64,000 bases of DNA, from positions 1 through 64,000 of the IMG/VR virus record IMGVR_UViG_2816332589_000001; one strand, written 5' to 3'. The notes under the pieces are model-generated. The model was not told the DNA's origin and did no database searches. It saw only the letters and a list, made by a program, of their open reading frames with translations. The DNA is from a virus (lineage: Duplodnaviria; Caudoviricetes). Position numbers and translations under genes: made by a program. Positions 1 to 9,862 of this stretch are shown piece after piece. The stretch's first letter is position 1. Each line of letters opens with the position of its first letter.

Positions 1-84
1 ACAACGCGGGACGGAGCGACCCGCTGGCGAAGGTGCCGGTCGGCGGCTACCCGGCGGACTGAGAAGTTCCCGGCGTTCGGGGTA

Positions 85-154
85 TCGGACCGCACCGAAA
101 ACTTCAGGTGCGACACGAGGCGCCCGCTCTCGCCTCGTGTCGGACCGCACCGAA
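85..154. repeat. 15-bp direct repeat TCGGACCGCACCGAA (85-99 and 140-154)
   Basis: Two exact copies in intergenic DNA. Confidence 0.6.
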
Positions 155-166
155 GCGATTGGTGCG

Positions 167-457
167 TCATACCGCATTGCTAGTCGTCAGAGGGTGCCGC
201 ATCGAGAGTCCGCCGCCAGAGGTGCATGCCTGCCGAGCGGTCACGTCCCACCCGGCGGCCACGAATGCCCTCCAGAACTCTTCCTCCACCACGGCGCGGT
301 GGTCGGCGCTGCGATCGGCGACACGGATGACGCAGCCAGCACCGGTGTAGGAGATCAAAATGTCAACGGGCCGGACACGGAGGCCGCGATCATGCAGGGC
401 GGCGAGCGCTTCGGCGATCGGGCTGGCGGCGTCACGGATTTGAGCGGCTGTAGACAT
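167..457 (-). CDS. Hypothetical protein (96 aa, MSTAAQIRDA...)
   Basis: ATG at 457 preceded by GGGAG; C-terminal part of track ORF 167..973; last gene of the minus-strand run. Confidence 0.6.
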   Translation of the reverse strand: MSTAAQIRDAASPIAEALAALHDRGLRVRPVDILISYTGAGCVIRVADRSADHRAVVEEEFWRAFVAAGWDVTARQACTSGGGLSMRHPLTTSNAV

Positions 458-498
458 GCGCCCAGTCTCCCGCCTGTCCACGGCAATGGAACAGGCAT

Positions 499-1194
499 TC
501 AGGGAAGAGGCAGCACACCAGCCGCGAGAGCATTGGTCAGGCGCCGGAGCGCGAAGCCGACCTTCCAATCCGATTGATCCGGCAGAGCGTGCCACCCCGC
601 GGCGCCACTGTACGAGCACGCCATGTCGGGCTTGCCCTTGTCGGGCCGCTGGATCTGGTAGTCGCACCCGAAGCGGTCGTACGCGCACAGAAGCCCGGAG
701 CCGATGCGCTGTGGGTGATCGTGGATCGTCCGCTCGCCGCGCAGGCTGCGCAGCGCCCTCTCCTCGTCCAACACCACCCCTTCGGGCAAGGTCCACACCC
801 GCGCCCACAGCGCGCAGCCGATCACCCCCGTGCCGTCGGTAGACGCCGGGCGGCTGGGCAGCCCGAAGGCGTTGGTCGTCCCCGTGCAGTGATGCGGAAT
901 CCCTTCGGCAAGCGCCTCGATGTCGTCGGCAGGGTTCTCGTCGTAACCGCCATCCGAAGCCCTGCGCCACCACCCCGGCGGAACCACGGACGGAGCGATG
1001 GCAGTCACGCCCGGCTTCGGCTCGTACGCCCGGAAGACGAAGAGAACTGGGAAGCCGTCCCGACGATGGCGCTTGTGGTCCCGGCGTTCCATGCTGGCGA
1101 GGACCGAGGTGAACATGGCATTGAGGCCATCCGGGGAATCTGCGCGCATACCTGCGTAAACGAGGCGCCCCACCTTTCCGTCACTGCCCCGCAA
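499..1194 (-). CDS. Hypothetical protein
   Basis: Protein-like composition, GGAG RBS, 9-bp gap after the upstream gene's stop. Confidence 0.65.
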   Translation of the reverse strand: MRGSDGKVGRLVYAGMRADSPDGLNAMFTSVLASMERRDHKRHRRDGFPVLFVFRAYEPKPGVTAIAPSVVPPGWWRRASDGGYDENPADDIEALAEGIPHHCTGTTNAFGLPSRPASTDGTGVIGCALWARVWTLPEGVVLDEERALRSLRGERTIHDHPQRIGSGLLCAYDRFGCDYQIQRPDKGKPDMACSYSGAAGWHALPDQSDWKVGFALRRLTNALAAGVLPLP

Positions 1195-1203
1195 CCAACT
1201 CCG

Positions 1204-1566
1204 TCACTGCTGCTCTGTTTGCACCTTCGCCTGTTCCACCTGGGCCTTCTCCCGCAGTTCCGTGAGGTGCCGCTGGTACAGCGGACCCGTGCAGAATGCC
1301 GCCTGTGCGGCTGTCGGCGCGGTGGTCTCTATCAGGTGGTGAGCACGAGCTTTGACCAGGGCCGCCCATGCCAGAGCGTGCTGCTTGCCGTCCCGCCCGC
1401 ATTCTCTCGGCTCGCCGGGCAGACACAGCGGCAGCGCTTCGCCCAGCTTGTTCGCTGCCTGCCGGGCGAAGCGTGCGAGCTGCAACCACTGCTCCGGCGT
1501 GTGAGAGCGGACGCCGCTGTGGCCGTCCACCCAGGTGCCGAAATCGTCCCCGTGCTCCGTATCCAT
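1204..1566 (-). CDS. Hypothetical protein
   Basis: Protein-like ORF in operon-like arrangement downstream of the radical SAM gene. Confidence 0.65.
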   Translation of the reverse strand: MDTEHGDDFGTWVDGHSGVRSHTPEQWLQLARFARQAANKLGEALPLCLPGEPRECGRDGKQHALAWAALVKARAHHLIETTAPTAAQAAFCTGPLYQRHLTELREKAQVEQAKVQTEQQ

Positions 1567-1607
1567 CGCGGTCCCCTGCGCGTCGTCGGCCCGTGCTGCG
1601 GGCGATC

Positions 1608-2519
1608 CTAGCCGCTGGCCACGGTCTCGTCGGCCGCTTGGGGATCACATGACACGAAGGACGGGACGCACGGCTGGCACGGCGGACACATCGGCAGGAA
1701 CTGCGGCGGGGTGCACGCCTCCGCCGGTGTCGCGCCATGTACCGCTTCGAGTTCAGCGCGAGCGGCGAGCATGGGTGCCCCTGACCAGATTTCAGCCAGC
1801 GGACGTTCTTGTACGGACCCCACCGGCATGAAACGGCTGAGCACGCACGGCCACACGGTCCCGTCCGGGCTGATGGCGCATTTGCCCCGGCCGCATTCCC
1901 CGCACAGGTCTGCCACGGTGGGCTTGGCGCCGTTGCTTGCCCGGCCGAACGCCCGCGTCCGGTCGCCGCTGACATGCCGTAGGCCGAGCGTCATCAGCTC
2001 CTGATGCGCCTGCTCGACCCGTTGCCCCCGGCGTACGGAGATGACACCGCCACGCAGATTCAGCCCCAACCCGACTGCCTTCTCGATGTTCGCCCGGGTG
2101 CGTGTGTGCGAGCCGCGCCGGGCGGTGACTGCGTCGTGGTCGGCGGCGTTGTCGCTGTAGTACGAGGTCGCCAGGTCAACGCCGTAACGGGTGAAGACCT
2201 CCCACAGGTCCGCGCTGACGTGCGTGAGGTTGCTGAAGACCTCCACGGCCAGTTCCTGGCGCCGCGCGTGCGCGACCAGCTGGGGCAGGCCCGGGTACAG
2301 GCAGGGTTCGCCGCCGATGAACTGCACGCCGGTGGTGCCCATCGCGGCGAGCTGGTCGATCACCGAGACCCAGTCGTGCACGGTCATGCTGCCGTGTGTT
2401 CCCTGCGGGGAGGAGTCGGCGTAGCAGTGGAGGCAGCGCAGATCGCATTTGCCCGTCACCTCCAACCAGGCGAAGCCGAGGGTGGGGACCGTGTTGGCCG
2501 TGCTCACGGATGCGGGCAT
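1608..2519 (-). CDS. Radical SAM enzyme with SPASM/Twitch domain and Cys/Pro-rich C-terminal tail
   Basis: CxxxCxxC (CDLRCLHC), GGEP, SPASM-type CGRGKCAISPDGTVWPC...GSV; RBS GAAGGAG before ATG 2519. Confidence 0.9.
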   Translation of the reverse strand: MPASVSTANTVPTLGFAWLEVTGKCDLRCLHCYADSSPQGTHGSMTVHDWVSVIDQLAAMGTTGVQFIGGEPCLYPGLPQLVAHARRQELAVEVFSNLTHVSADLWEVFTRYGVDLATSYYSDNAADHDAVTARRGSHTRTRANIEKAVGLGLNLRGGVISVRRGQRVEQAHQELMTLGLRHVSGDRTRAFGRASNGAKPTVADLCGECGRGKCAISPDGTVWPCVLSRFMPVGSVQERPLAEIWSGAPMLAARAELEAVHGATPAEACTPPQFLPMCPPCQPCVPSFVSCDPQAADETVASG

Positions 2520-2685
2520 GGCTGCTCCTTCGCGGTGGGGGGAGTGGAAGCTCCGGCACACGGCGAGCGCGCCCTCTACCGTGTGCCGGAGCGGTCGGCC
2601 CCGCTCTTCGGTGGGCAGGACGCGCATTCCGAAGAGCGGGTGTAATCAGGTAACCGGCGGGCCAAGTAGGAGGGGAGAACCCGCG

Positions 2686-2715
2686 GCGTAACCCCGCGTA
2701 GTCCCGCGTAACCCT
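2686..2715. promoter_or_regulatory. Three 10-bp-period direct repeats (GCGTAACCCC/GCGTAGTCCC/GCGTAACCCT), probable operator
   Basis: One-helical-turn periodicity between the divergent radical SAM and regulator genes. Confidence 0.45.
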
Positions 2716-2727
2716 GAGGAGGGTCCG

Positions 2728-4059
2728 GTGACAGCCGCAGAGGACAAACGGTGTATCGCGTACCTCATCCGCCGTGAGTGCGAGCAGCGCGGCTGGGGAC
2801 CGGCCAAGCTCGCCCGCGAATTGGCGATCGCTGCGGGCCGAGGGCCCAATGGGATGGGCCGCCAGTACGCCCGCAAGCTGATGGCCGGCGAGCGAAACCC
2901 CACCTACTGGCGTCCCTATGTGCAACAGGTGCTCGGCCTGCCCGACTTACCCGACGACAGTGCCGGCGCCATGGGGCACGTCGATACCGTGGATGCAGTA
3001 CTGGCTCTCGGGAGGAGCGACAGCGACGTGGACCGTCGGAATTTCCTGACCGCCTCCGGCGGCACCGCCCTTTCCACCCTCGGCCTCCCCGACCCCGACG
3101 CCATCACCCGCCGCGTGCGCAACGCCTCCGCCGACGCCGTACGCGTCGGCCAGAGCGACGTGGAGGCCGTGCTGACCATGGTCCAGACCCTTGGGGACCT
3201 CGCTGCCGAATATGGCGGCGGCCACGTACGCCACCTCGCGCTCAGCTACCTCCAGCGCAACGCCGGGCCGTGGCTCAAGGGCCGCTTCGACGAGGCGACC
3301 GGCCGCCAGCTCTACGCCGCCGCCTCGCAGCTCACCCACCTGATCGGCTGGATGACACAGGACCACAGCGACGACCCGCGCGAGGCCATCCCGTACTTCG
3401 AGCAGGCGCACCGCCTGGCCGTGGAAGCCGGTGAGCCGGAACTTGCCGCCACCGCGCTGCGCGGCACGGCCGTCCAGGTCCTCGCGATGGGCCCCCGGCA
3501 CCGCGCCCGCGCAGTGGCCCTGGCCGAGCAGTGCATGGACAGCGCCAAGGATCTGCCCGACCCGCGGGCCAGGGCCTACTACCAGACCACCCTGGCCGAG
3601 GCGGTCGCCCTCGACGGCGACCACCGGCTCGCCACCCGCACCCTGGCAGCTTCGCAGAACAGCATCGAACGCACCGCCGCCGCGCCGACCGGCGACTCGT
3701 GGGCCTCCCACTTCACCATCGGCCGCTGGGCCTACGCCTCCGGCATGATCCTTTCCAAGATGGGCGACCTGACCGGCGCCACGAGCCAGCTTCAGCAGGC
3801 ACTCAAGCTCTACGGCCTCGACCGCCGCCGCACCCGCGCCAACGTCCTCGGCCACCTGGGGGCGATCCACCTGCGGCAGCGCAACCTCGACGGCGCACTG
3901 GAGGCATGGTCGGAGTTCGTGCAAGTCGCCGACGGCGTCCAGTCCGTACGGGTACGGGAGGCCGCCGAGGACATGCGCCTGCGCCTGGCTCGGTACACCG
4001 ACGTAGCCGAAGCGCAAGGGCTCTCGGAGAAGGCCGCCACGTTGCTCGCCCGAATGTGA
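2728..4059 (+). CDS. XRE-HTH / TPR transcriptional regulator (NsdA-like Streptomyces family)
   Basis: N-terminal HTH ([13 protein letters not shown]), VDRRNFL linker, YGGGH motif, C-terminal TPR-like helices. Confidence 0.8.
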   Translation: MTAAEDKRCIAYLIRRECEQRGWGPAKLARELAIAAGRGPNGMGRQYARKLMAGERNPTYWRPYVQQVLGLPDLPDDSAGAMGHVDTVDAVLALGRSDSDVDRRNFLTASGGTALSTLGLPDPDAITRRVRNASADAVRVGQSDVEAVLTMVQTLGDLAAEYGGGHVRHLALSYLQRNAGPWLKGRFDEATGRQLYAAASQLTHLIGWMTQDHSDDPREAIPYFEQAHRLAVEAGEPELAATALRGTAVQVLAMGPRHRARAVALAEQCMDSAKDLPDPRARAYYQTTLAEAVALDGDHRLATRTLAASQNSIERTAAAPTGDSWASHFTIGRWAYASGMILSKMGDLTGATSQLQQALKLYGLDRRRTRANVLGHLGAIHLRQRNLDGALEAWSEFVQVADGVQSVRVREAAEDMRLRLARYTDVAEAQGLSEKAATLLARM

Positions 4060-4263
4060 CCCACAGGAACGTCGGGCAACTCGTCAGCGGTCCCCGACGG
4101 CTGCAAACTGGGTACGGTCGGCCTGGACTCGCGCGGGCAGGTCTTCGAGTAGGGGTGGTGGCGAGAGAGCCTATCTTCGTCCGCAATGGTAGATAGACGT
4201 ATGACAGCCGTTGCCCTCCTTCCCGAAGCTGAGGAGGGCAACGGCTGTATGTATCGGGATGGC

Positions 4264-4500
4264 TCAGATCCTCGAAGCGTCGAGCCCGCTCAAGAACTGG
4301 GTCCAGGATTCCTTCGAGAAGAGCAGAGCGGGGCCCTCCGCGTCCTTGGAGTCGCGCACGGCGACCTTGCCGTTCACGTGGGTGCGCCGGGCGAGCTCCA
4401 CACAGGACCCTCCCTCCTGGGTGCTGTAGGAGGACTTCTGCCATTCGTCGTCTGCGGCCACATGCGGGGCCAAGAGGTTGGTGTTGATGGCTACATCCAC
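4264..4500 (-). CDS. DUF397 domain protein
   Basis: WQKSSYS...SCVELA...VAVRDSKD...GPAL.F...W..FL signature; GTG start overlaps the XRE gene end. Confidence 0.9.
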   Translation of the reverse strand: MDVAINTNLLAPHVAADDEWQKSSYSTQEGGSCVELARRTHVNGKVAVRDSKDAEGPALLFSKESWTQFLSGLDASRI

Positions 4501-5357
4501 TTTCTTGCTAGTTGTTCCAGGAAGTGGGGTGTTTCCCCTGGTCCTAGAGCCTCGGCGCGCATTGCATCGAACTTGCGCGCGTGGGCCCAGACCTCTGTTT
4601 CCTTGTCCACGACGTTCACCGCGCCCACTCCGTCCGCATGGACCGCGGTCGGGAACGGCGGATCGAACTCCAAGAGCGTGAAGTCGCCCGTCGCTCGATA
4701 GGACGCCTTGGACGAAGGAAGTATCTGTACCGTCACATTGTCGCGCTGCGCCAACTCCGCGATCTCTTCGTACTGCTCGCACATGATGTCGCGGTTGCCG
4801 TACACGTTGCTCACGGCGGCCTCGCCCATGATGACGGACAGCTCCACCGGGTTCTCTCTCCGGGTGATGAGTTCCTTGCGCTCCATCCGGAGTTGGATGT
4901 TGCGCTCGACGAACTCGGTAGTGGTCTCTTCGACGGGCTTGGCCGTCTCGAACAGGGCTCGTGCGTACCGCTCGGTCTGGAGCAGGCCGAGGACCAGGTT
5001 CGGTTGCCACGCTCGCATCGTGCGGGCGCCAGCCTCCAGCCCTACGTACAGAGCCATGCCGGATGGCATCACGCTGCGGAACGGTGACCACCACTCCTTG
5101 CTGAGGGAGTCGGCGTGCAGGTTCAGCAGGAACTCGATGTCCTTCTCGTCCTGTACGCCGTAGCTCTCCAGGAGCGCGCGGAGCTGTACTCCAGTCCGCA
5201 GTTTCGTTGTGCCGTTCTCCAGCTTCGACAGGCGGGTCTTGTCGAACGGCATGTTCGCGCTCGCCTCGGCCAGCGTGAGGCCGGCCTTCTCGCGTAGGCG
5301 CAACAGTTCCTGCCCAAGCTGGATACGTCGGAGGGTGGGCCCCACCTTCGCTGCCAC
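4491..5357 (-). CDS. XRE-family HTH regulator with DUF5753 domain (WhiJ/Scr1-like)
   Basis: GPTLRRIQLGQELLRLREKAGLT, WW motif, LGLLQTERYAR; GTG start after GGAGG. Confidence 0.9.
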   Translation of the reverse strand: MAAKVGPTLRRIQLGQELLRLREKAGLTLAEASANMPFDKTRLSKLENGTTKLRTGVQLRALLESYGVQDEKDIEFLLNLHADSLSKEWWSPFRSVMPSGMALYVGLEAGARTMRAWQPNLVLGLLQTERYARALFETAKPVEETTTEFVERNIQLRMERKELITRRENPVELSVIMGEAAVSNVYGNRDIMCEQYEEIAELAQRDNVTVQILPSSKASYRATGDFTLLEFDPPFPTAVHADGVGAVNVVDKETEVWAHARKFDAMRAEALGPGETPHFLEQLARKWM

Positions 5358-5534
5358 GTCCTTAGCCTCCCCGATTCCTGTGTCAGCCGCCAGCGCCCGT
5401 GTGTCGGGTCTGGGCACCGCTGTGTCGGTTCTCGCCACCGCTGTTACCGCCGAGAGCGACGCTGTGCCGAGTCTGGCAGTGACTGTGCATGTTGCAAACC
5501 CCCTTGTGTCAGCAACGAAATATGCCAACTTTTT

Positions 5535-5556
5535 TGCAACTCGACTTTGAGTTGCA
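5535..5556. promoter_or_regulatory. Inverted repeat TGCAACTC-N6-GAGTTGCA, probable XRE operator
   Basis: Perfect 8-bp inverted repeat in an AT-richer divergent promoter region with further TTGCAA/GCAAC motifs. Confidence 0.5.
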
Positions 5557-5776
5557 TCGTAACTTGCCGGTGCAGCACGCTGGTTGAGCTTCGCTGAACG
5601 GGCTACAACAGCCCAAGGCGAGCAGTCCGTACGCATAGGTGACTTCCCCTCTCGCCTCGTGGTTCCTCTTCCCTCGCTGGACTTCGGCCCGGCTGAACGA
5701 TCACGAAGCGGTGAGCGTCAGGGGCGCTATCGCGGGCCTGCGGCAGCGCCCCACAAGAGCGGTGGAGGACTGAACG

Positions 5777-6637
5777 ATGACTGTTGCTGTGCATGGCGAC
5801 CTGCTCACGAGTGAGCACTCGCCCTCGTTGGCCTTCGCCGCGGGCCGTCCCCTCGACTTCATGGCGATGTCGTACCGGCCCACCGGGCACGCGGCCGGCA
5901 CCCCTCCGCTGCCTCGGGTGGATGCCCAAGAGGTGCGGGACATGCGCCATGCCGGAACCGCACGGCTTCGTCGGTGGGGCGTCCGTGACGAGGTGGTCGC
6001 GACCGCGGATTACGTGATCGCCGAGCTGGTCGCCAACGCGTTCCTGCACGGTGCCGTACCGGGCCGCGATGTCGTCCTCACCCTCTCGTCGTACGAGTCG
6101 GCGATCGACGTGGCGGTGACGGACGGGTGCCTGCGCATGCCGCGTCTGCCGCACGCCTCCCCGGGCTGCCCGGACGCCTATGAGAGCGGGCGGGGGCTGC
6201 TGCTCGTACGCAACGAGACGTACCGCTTGGGAGGCACGTGGCGCTTCACCAGGTGGAGCACCGGCAAGGTGGTCACCTGCACCCTGCCCCGCGAGCCTGT
6301 CGGCGACCACCACGACCGGGTGGCCCGGTTCTATGACGCTGCGCGGATCTCCGAGGCGCTGGTGTATCTGGGGCAGCCCGGCCTGTACTACGCCGATCCG
6401 GACAGTTGGCGCCGGGCGCGCAAGGTGGTGTGGGCGTCGCTGGCCAGGCTCGCCCCCTTCGCGGAGCGCCGCCTTCGGGACCTGCCGAAAGCGGACCCCG
6501 CGCGCTGCGAGATCCGCGCCTTCCTCGACTGGGCCCATCGGCTGCGCACCGCCGGCGCCGTCACGACGCATCACCTGCTCGTCGCTGTTTCGCGGCTGCT
6601 CGACCTTGCCGAGGACGCTGCGCGCCGACCGCGATGA
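5777..6637 (+). CDS. HATPase_c (anti-sigma/RsbW-like) ATP-binding protein with C-terminal helical extension
   Basis: ELVANAFLHG, VTDG, ESGRGLLLV, GKVV motifs; divergent from the XRE/DUF397 pair as is typical. Confidence 0.85.
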   Translation: MTVAVHGDLLTSEHSPSLAFAAGRPLDFMAMSYRPTGHAAGTPPLPRVDAQEVRDMRHAGTARLRRWGVRDEVVATADYVIAELVANAFLHGAVPGRDVVLTLSSYESAIDVAVTDGCLRMPRLPHASPGCPDAYESGRGLLLVRNETYRLGGTWRFTRWSTGKVVTCTLPREPVGDHHDRVARFYDAARISEALVYLGQPGLYYADPDSWRRARKVVWASLARLAPFAERRLRDLPKADPARCEIRAFLDWAHRLRTAGAVTTHHLLVAVSRLLDLAEDAARRPR

Positions 6638-6726
6638 GCCCGAACCGTTCCGGCAGCCGCCGGAACGGCGCCCTGTCCGCTCGCCTGCGCGGCGAGCCCC
6701 CCGTTGCCTGACCAGAGGACCAGGAC

Positions 6727-6960
6727 ATGCCCCCGACCGACAAGCGCAGAACAAACCCGTCGTGCCAGCACCTGCCGCCGTGCCCGGCCGCCGACGCGGC
6801 CGACCGGGAAGCGGCCCACATCGTGGCATCGCATCCCGAGCAGGGCTGGGCGCTCCGCTGCAATGGCGTACTGGCGTTCGAAGACACCGGTGAACTCCTT
6901 CCGGACGGGCAGGTCATCGCGCCGCACCGCCGGATGGTCCGGACGGGAGCCAAGGCGTGA
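6727..6960 (+). CDS. DUF5999-family small protein
   Basis: CQHLPPCP...HPEQGW..CNGVL.FEDTGELLPDG. Confidence 0.8.
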   Translation: MPPTDKRRTNPSCQHLPPCPAADAADREAAHIVASHPEQGWALRCNGVLAFEDTGELLPDGQVIAPHRRMVRTGAKA

Positions 6961-7466
6961 TGACCGGCTTCTCCTGGGGCGGTCGGCCCGTACCCCGCTG
7001 GCGTCGGTACGCCTTACGCGCCCGCGGACTCGGTGAGGGCAACGTGCCGGCCACCGCGCCCGCGGGCGACTACGTCACGATCGACTGGGGAGAGCGCCGC
7101 CGTACGGAGGCGGAGCCGATCCTCGCGTGGTGGGTGTCGCGCAGCGTCTCCGGGCCCGGAAGCGCGCAGGAGCACGCGGGCGGGCGGGCGGAGAACGCCA
7201 CCCACGCGGTCAACTGGCTGCACAGCCACGTCACATGGCTGAAGCTGCGCCCCGGGCACCCGGCGAGCCTGTTCTTCGACGCCCTGGACGAGGCCGCTGT
7301 CCGGCTGGACTACGCCCGCCGCCTGACCGCGGACTGCACCGGCATCAGCATCACGGTCACCGAGGGCGGGGTGGCGACAACGCTGTCGATCGGCTGCACC
7401 GTGGAGACGGACGGGGCCGCCCTCCTCGGCACGCCGGCGGTCACCCTGTCGAGGTGTTCCGTATGA
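6957..7466 (+). CDS. Hypothetical protein
   Basis: GTGA overlap with upstream gene, high GC3. Confidence 0.65.
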   Translation: MMTGFSWGGRPVPRWRRYALRARGLGEGNVPATAPAGDYVTIDWGERRRTEAEPILAWWVSRSVSGPGSAQEHAGGRAENATHAVNWLHSHVTWLKLRPGHPASLFFDALDEAAVRLDYARRLTADCTGISITVTEGGVATTLSIGCTVETDGAALLGTPAVTLSRCSV

Positions 7467-7876
7467 ACGTCGAGGCGATGCTGGACGGACGCTGCTGGCG
7501 CGGGTGCGAGCCGGCCGCCTCCAATCCCGCCGTCTTCGTCGGGCCGGGCGACTTCTTCGGGCTGCACCTGCCGCTGTTCCTGTGCCTGCGGCACCGCCAG
7601 CGGTTGCGGGAGCGGGCCGGGTTCGGCAGCTCGGCGTGCTCGCTGTGCGAGGCCATCGGCGTCGTCGTGGACCGGATCGGCGAGGACACCTCGGTGGTGA
7701 CCTCCGTACGCCGCTGGCCCGACGGGCGGCGCGTGGTCACCAAGTGGGCCGTGAACGTCGTGCTCTACGGCTGCCTCCCGTGCCAGGCGGCGGTCCAGGA
7801 GGCGGCCACCTACTCCTTCCGCGACCGCGCCCGGCTCGTCGGCGCCTCACGGCGCCCCCTCAAACCCGCGCTCTGA
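7463..7876 (+). CDS. Cys-rich hypothetical protein (possible tandem zinc-binding units)
   Basis: ATG 7463 overlaps upstream stop; CWRGC...CLRH, CSLC...CLPC. Confidence 0.65.
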   Translation: MNVEAMLDGRCWRGCEPAASNPAVFVGPGDFFGLHLPLFLCLRHRQRLRERAGFGSSACSLCEAIGVVVDRIGEDTSVVTSVRRWPDGRRVVTKWAVNVVLYGCLPCQAAVQEAATYSFRDRARLVGASRRPLKPAL

Positions 7877-7933
7877 CATGCCCCACCCGATGCCGTCCGC
7901 CCCGGCCGGCGTCTGACTGACAACGGAGAATTG

Positions 7934-8413
7934 ATGTCCCCGCTCCCGCCTCCCCGTCCCCGGACCGTCTACTCCGGGGTGCTGCTCAACCCGTGCGATG
8001 CGGTCCTGGTGGTGCACCACAAAGACGCGCCCGGAGGCGTCTACGACCTGCCGGGCGTCACGCCCGACGCAGACGACAACGGCTGGATCGGACTGGCGGC
8101 CGCGATCAAGACCGCCACCGGGCTGGAGGTCACCGTCGGCCGGCTGCTCGCCACCGAGCTGACCCCTGCTGATCCGCAGACCGGCACGCCCGCCTACCGC
8201 CACCGGGTGCGGTACTGCGGCCTGGTACCGCAGCACCGGCGGATCATCCTGGGCGACGGCCTGGATCACTACCGGTGGCTGGCCGCCGATGCGGTGGCCG
8301 AGCACTGCGGGAGCGCCGCACGGCGTATCCAGCACGCCCTGAAGGTGCAGCGCAGCGGGGGCAAGGTCGATCCGCGCAACATCTCGTCCGTCACCTCCGG
8401 CGCGGAGGTGTAG
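7934..8413 (+). CDS. Nudix-fold protein with degenerate Nudix box
   Basis: VLVV...YDLPG...AIKTATGLEVTVGRLL; lacks the REUXEE glutamates. Confidence 0.7.
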   Translation: MSPLPPPRPRTVYSGVLLNPCDAVLVVHHKDAPGGVYDLPGVTPDADDNGWIGLAAAIKTATGLEVTVGRLLATELTPADPQTGTPAYRHRVRYCGLVPQHRRIILGDGLDHYRWLAADAVAEHCGSAARRIQHALKVQRSGGKVDPRNISSVTSGAEV

Positions 8414-8416
8414 ACG

Positions 8417-9037
8417 ATGCCTCTCACGATCTATGAGGAGGACTTCGCGGTGGAAAGCCCGGAGCCGGACCGCCCGCCGCGCTACCGCATCAGCCTGGGC
8501 CAGCCCTCTCACCGTCCGGCGGTCAAGGCCATGGTGAAGGCGCGTAGGGACTGGATGCGCCACCACGGGCTTGTGACCGGCCCGGTCGAGCCCCCGGTAC
8601 TCAGCCACCTGGGAAGCGGGGCCGCCGCTGGGGCGCAGGTCTGGGTCCTGCACGAGGGAACGATGCTGCGGGGCGCCGCGGTCACCTCGATCGCCCCGAC
8701 GGTGAACCTCCAGTGGCATCAGGACCCGGACAGCGAGTCCCTGTGGCTGCACGACATGTATACCGACCCCGACGCCGATGACGCGCCCGGCCGCTGGCTG
8801 ACGTGGTGGCTCAGCCAGCACTACGCCTCGTGTCTGAAGTACGTGTTCACGGCCCTGTGCGATGAGGTGCTGGCCCGGAAGTTCGCGAACCTTCACGCGC
8901 TGGAGCTGCATCCCACGGAGGACGAGTTCCGTCCCTTCCTGCTGCGCCGCCGCACCGGGCCCGCACGGCGCCGCCTGCACACCTACGTGGCGAGCGACGT
9001 GCCGCCGCCGGCCGTTGCCACCCGCCTCAGACCCTGA
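8417..9037 (+). CDS. Hypothetical protein, possibly GNAT-like fold
   Basis: RBS GGAGG; LWLHDMYTDP...GRWL resembles GNAT motif A. Confidence 0.55.
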   Translation: MPLTIYEEDFAVESPEPDRPPRYRISLGQPSHRPAVKAMVKARRDWMRHHGLVTGPVEPPVLSHLGSGAAAGAQVWVLHEGTMLRGAAVTSIAPTVNLQWHQDPDSESLWLHDMYTDPDADDAPGRWLTWWLSQHYASCLKYVFTALCDEVLARKFANLHALELHPTEDEFRPFLLRRRTGPARRRLHTYVASDVPPPAVATRLRP

Positions 9038-9348
9038 GGCCATCAACTTCCGCGCGGGGCCTCCCCGTCACCGCGCGGGAGGACGCGGAGGCGGTTCCGC
9101 GTCCCGGGCGCCGCCAACCGCGGCCCCCGCCCTGTCCGAGGCTCCGCCATCTCTCGTCCTGCCCGGCGGTGTCTTCGCACAGGTCCCGTCGTAGCGGGCA
9201 GCAGATGCGCGCTACGACGACGCCGGGGTGCTGGAGGCGTTCCCCCGAGCCCCTCCAGCACCCCACCGGCCGGGCCCGCCCGGCCCGGCACACCGCACTC
9301 GGTGACCGGCCAGCCGGCCGGTCACCGCTTTCCAAGCGAAGGAGACCC

Positions 9349-9861
9349 ATGCACAACGACATTGATCGGAAAAATCCGCCCCCGGTCCGCGTCGGCTGCC
9401 AGAGCCTGGTGCGCCTGGAGAGCGGGGACGTCCTGGTCGTACGCCCCACCTACGGTGACCGCCGCTACCAACTGCCCGGCGGGCATCGCCACGACGGTGA
9501 ACGGATCAAGGCGGCCGGCGACCGCGAGCTGTACGAGGAGACCGGGCTGACGCTCCCGCGCGGAAACCTGCTGGTCGTCGACGAGATCGACGCCAAGCCC
9601 GACGTCCGTGCCGCCGGCATCAACTTCGTGTACGACTACGGCGTCTGCAACGACCCCGACTCGATCCGGCTGCCCGCCCCGCCCGGCACCGGCGAGGCAC
9701 CCGAGCTGGATCGCTACCTGTGGCTCGCGGAAGACCTCCTCGATGAGCACTGCGCCGACTACATGGCCAAGCGCATCCACTGGTCGCTGTACGCCTTGGC
9801 GGAGAACACCACCGTATCGCTGGTCCGCGGGGAGCTGGCCGATCCGGAAAGGCAGCGCTGA
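9349..9861 (+). CDS. Nudix hydrolase
   Basis: Intact box GGHRHDGERIKAAGDRELYEETGL; RBS AAGGAG. Confidence 0.9.
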   Translation: MHNDIDRKNPPPVRVGCQSLVRLESGDVLVVRPTYGDRRYQLPGGHRHDGERIKAAGDRELYEETGLTLPRGNLLVVDEIDAKPDVRAAGINFVYDYGVCNDPDSIRLPAPPGTGEAPELDRYLWLAEDLLDEHCADYMAKRIHWSLYALAENTTVSLVRGELADPERQR

Positions 9862-9862
9862 C

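Noticed and set aside
3028-3090. Twin-arginine (Tat) signal DRRNFL in the regulator
   Set aside because: Internal linker motif common in this regulator family; not N-terminal
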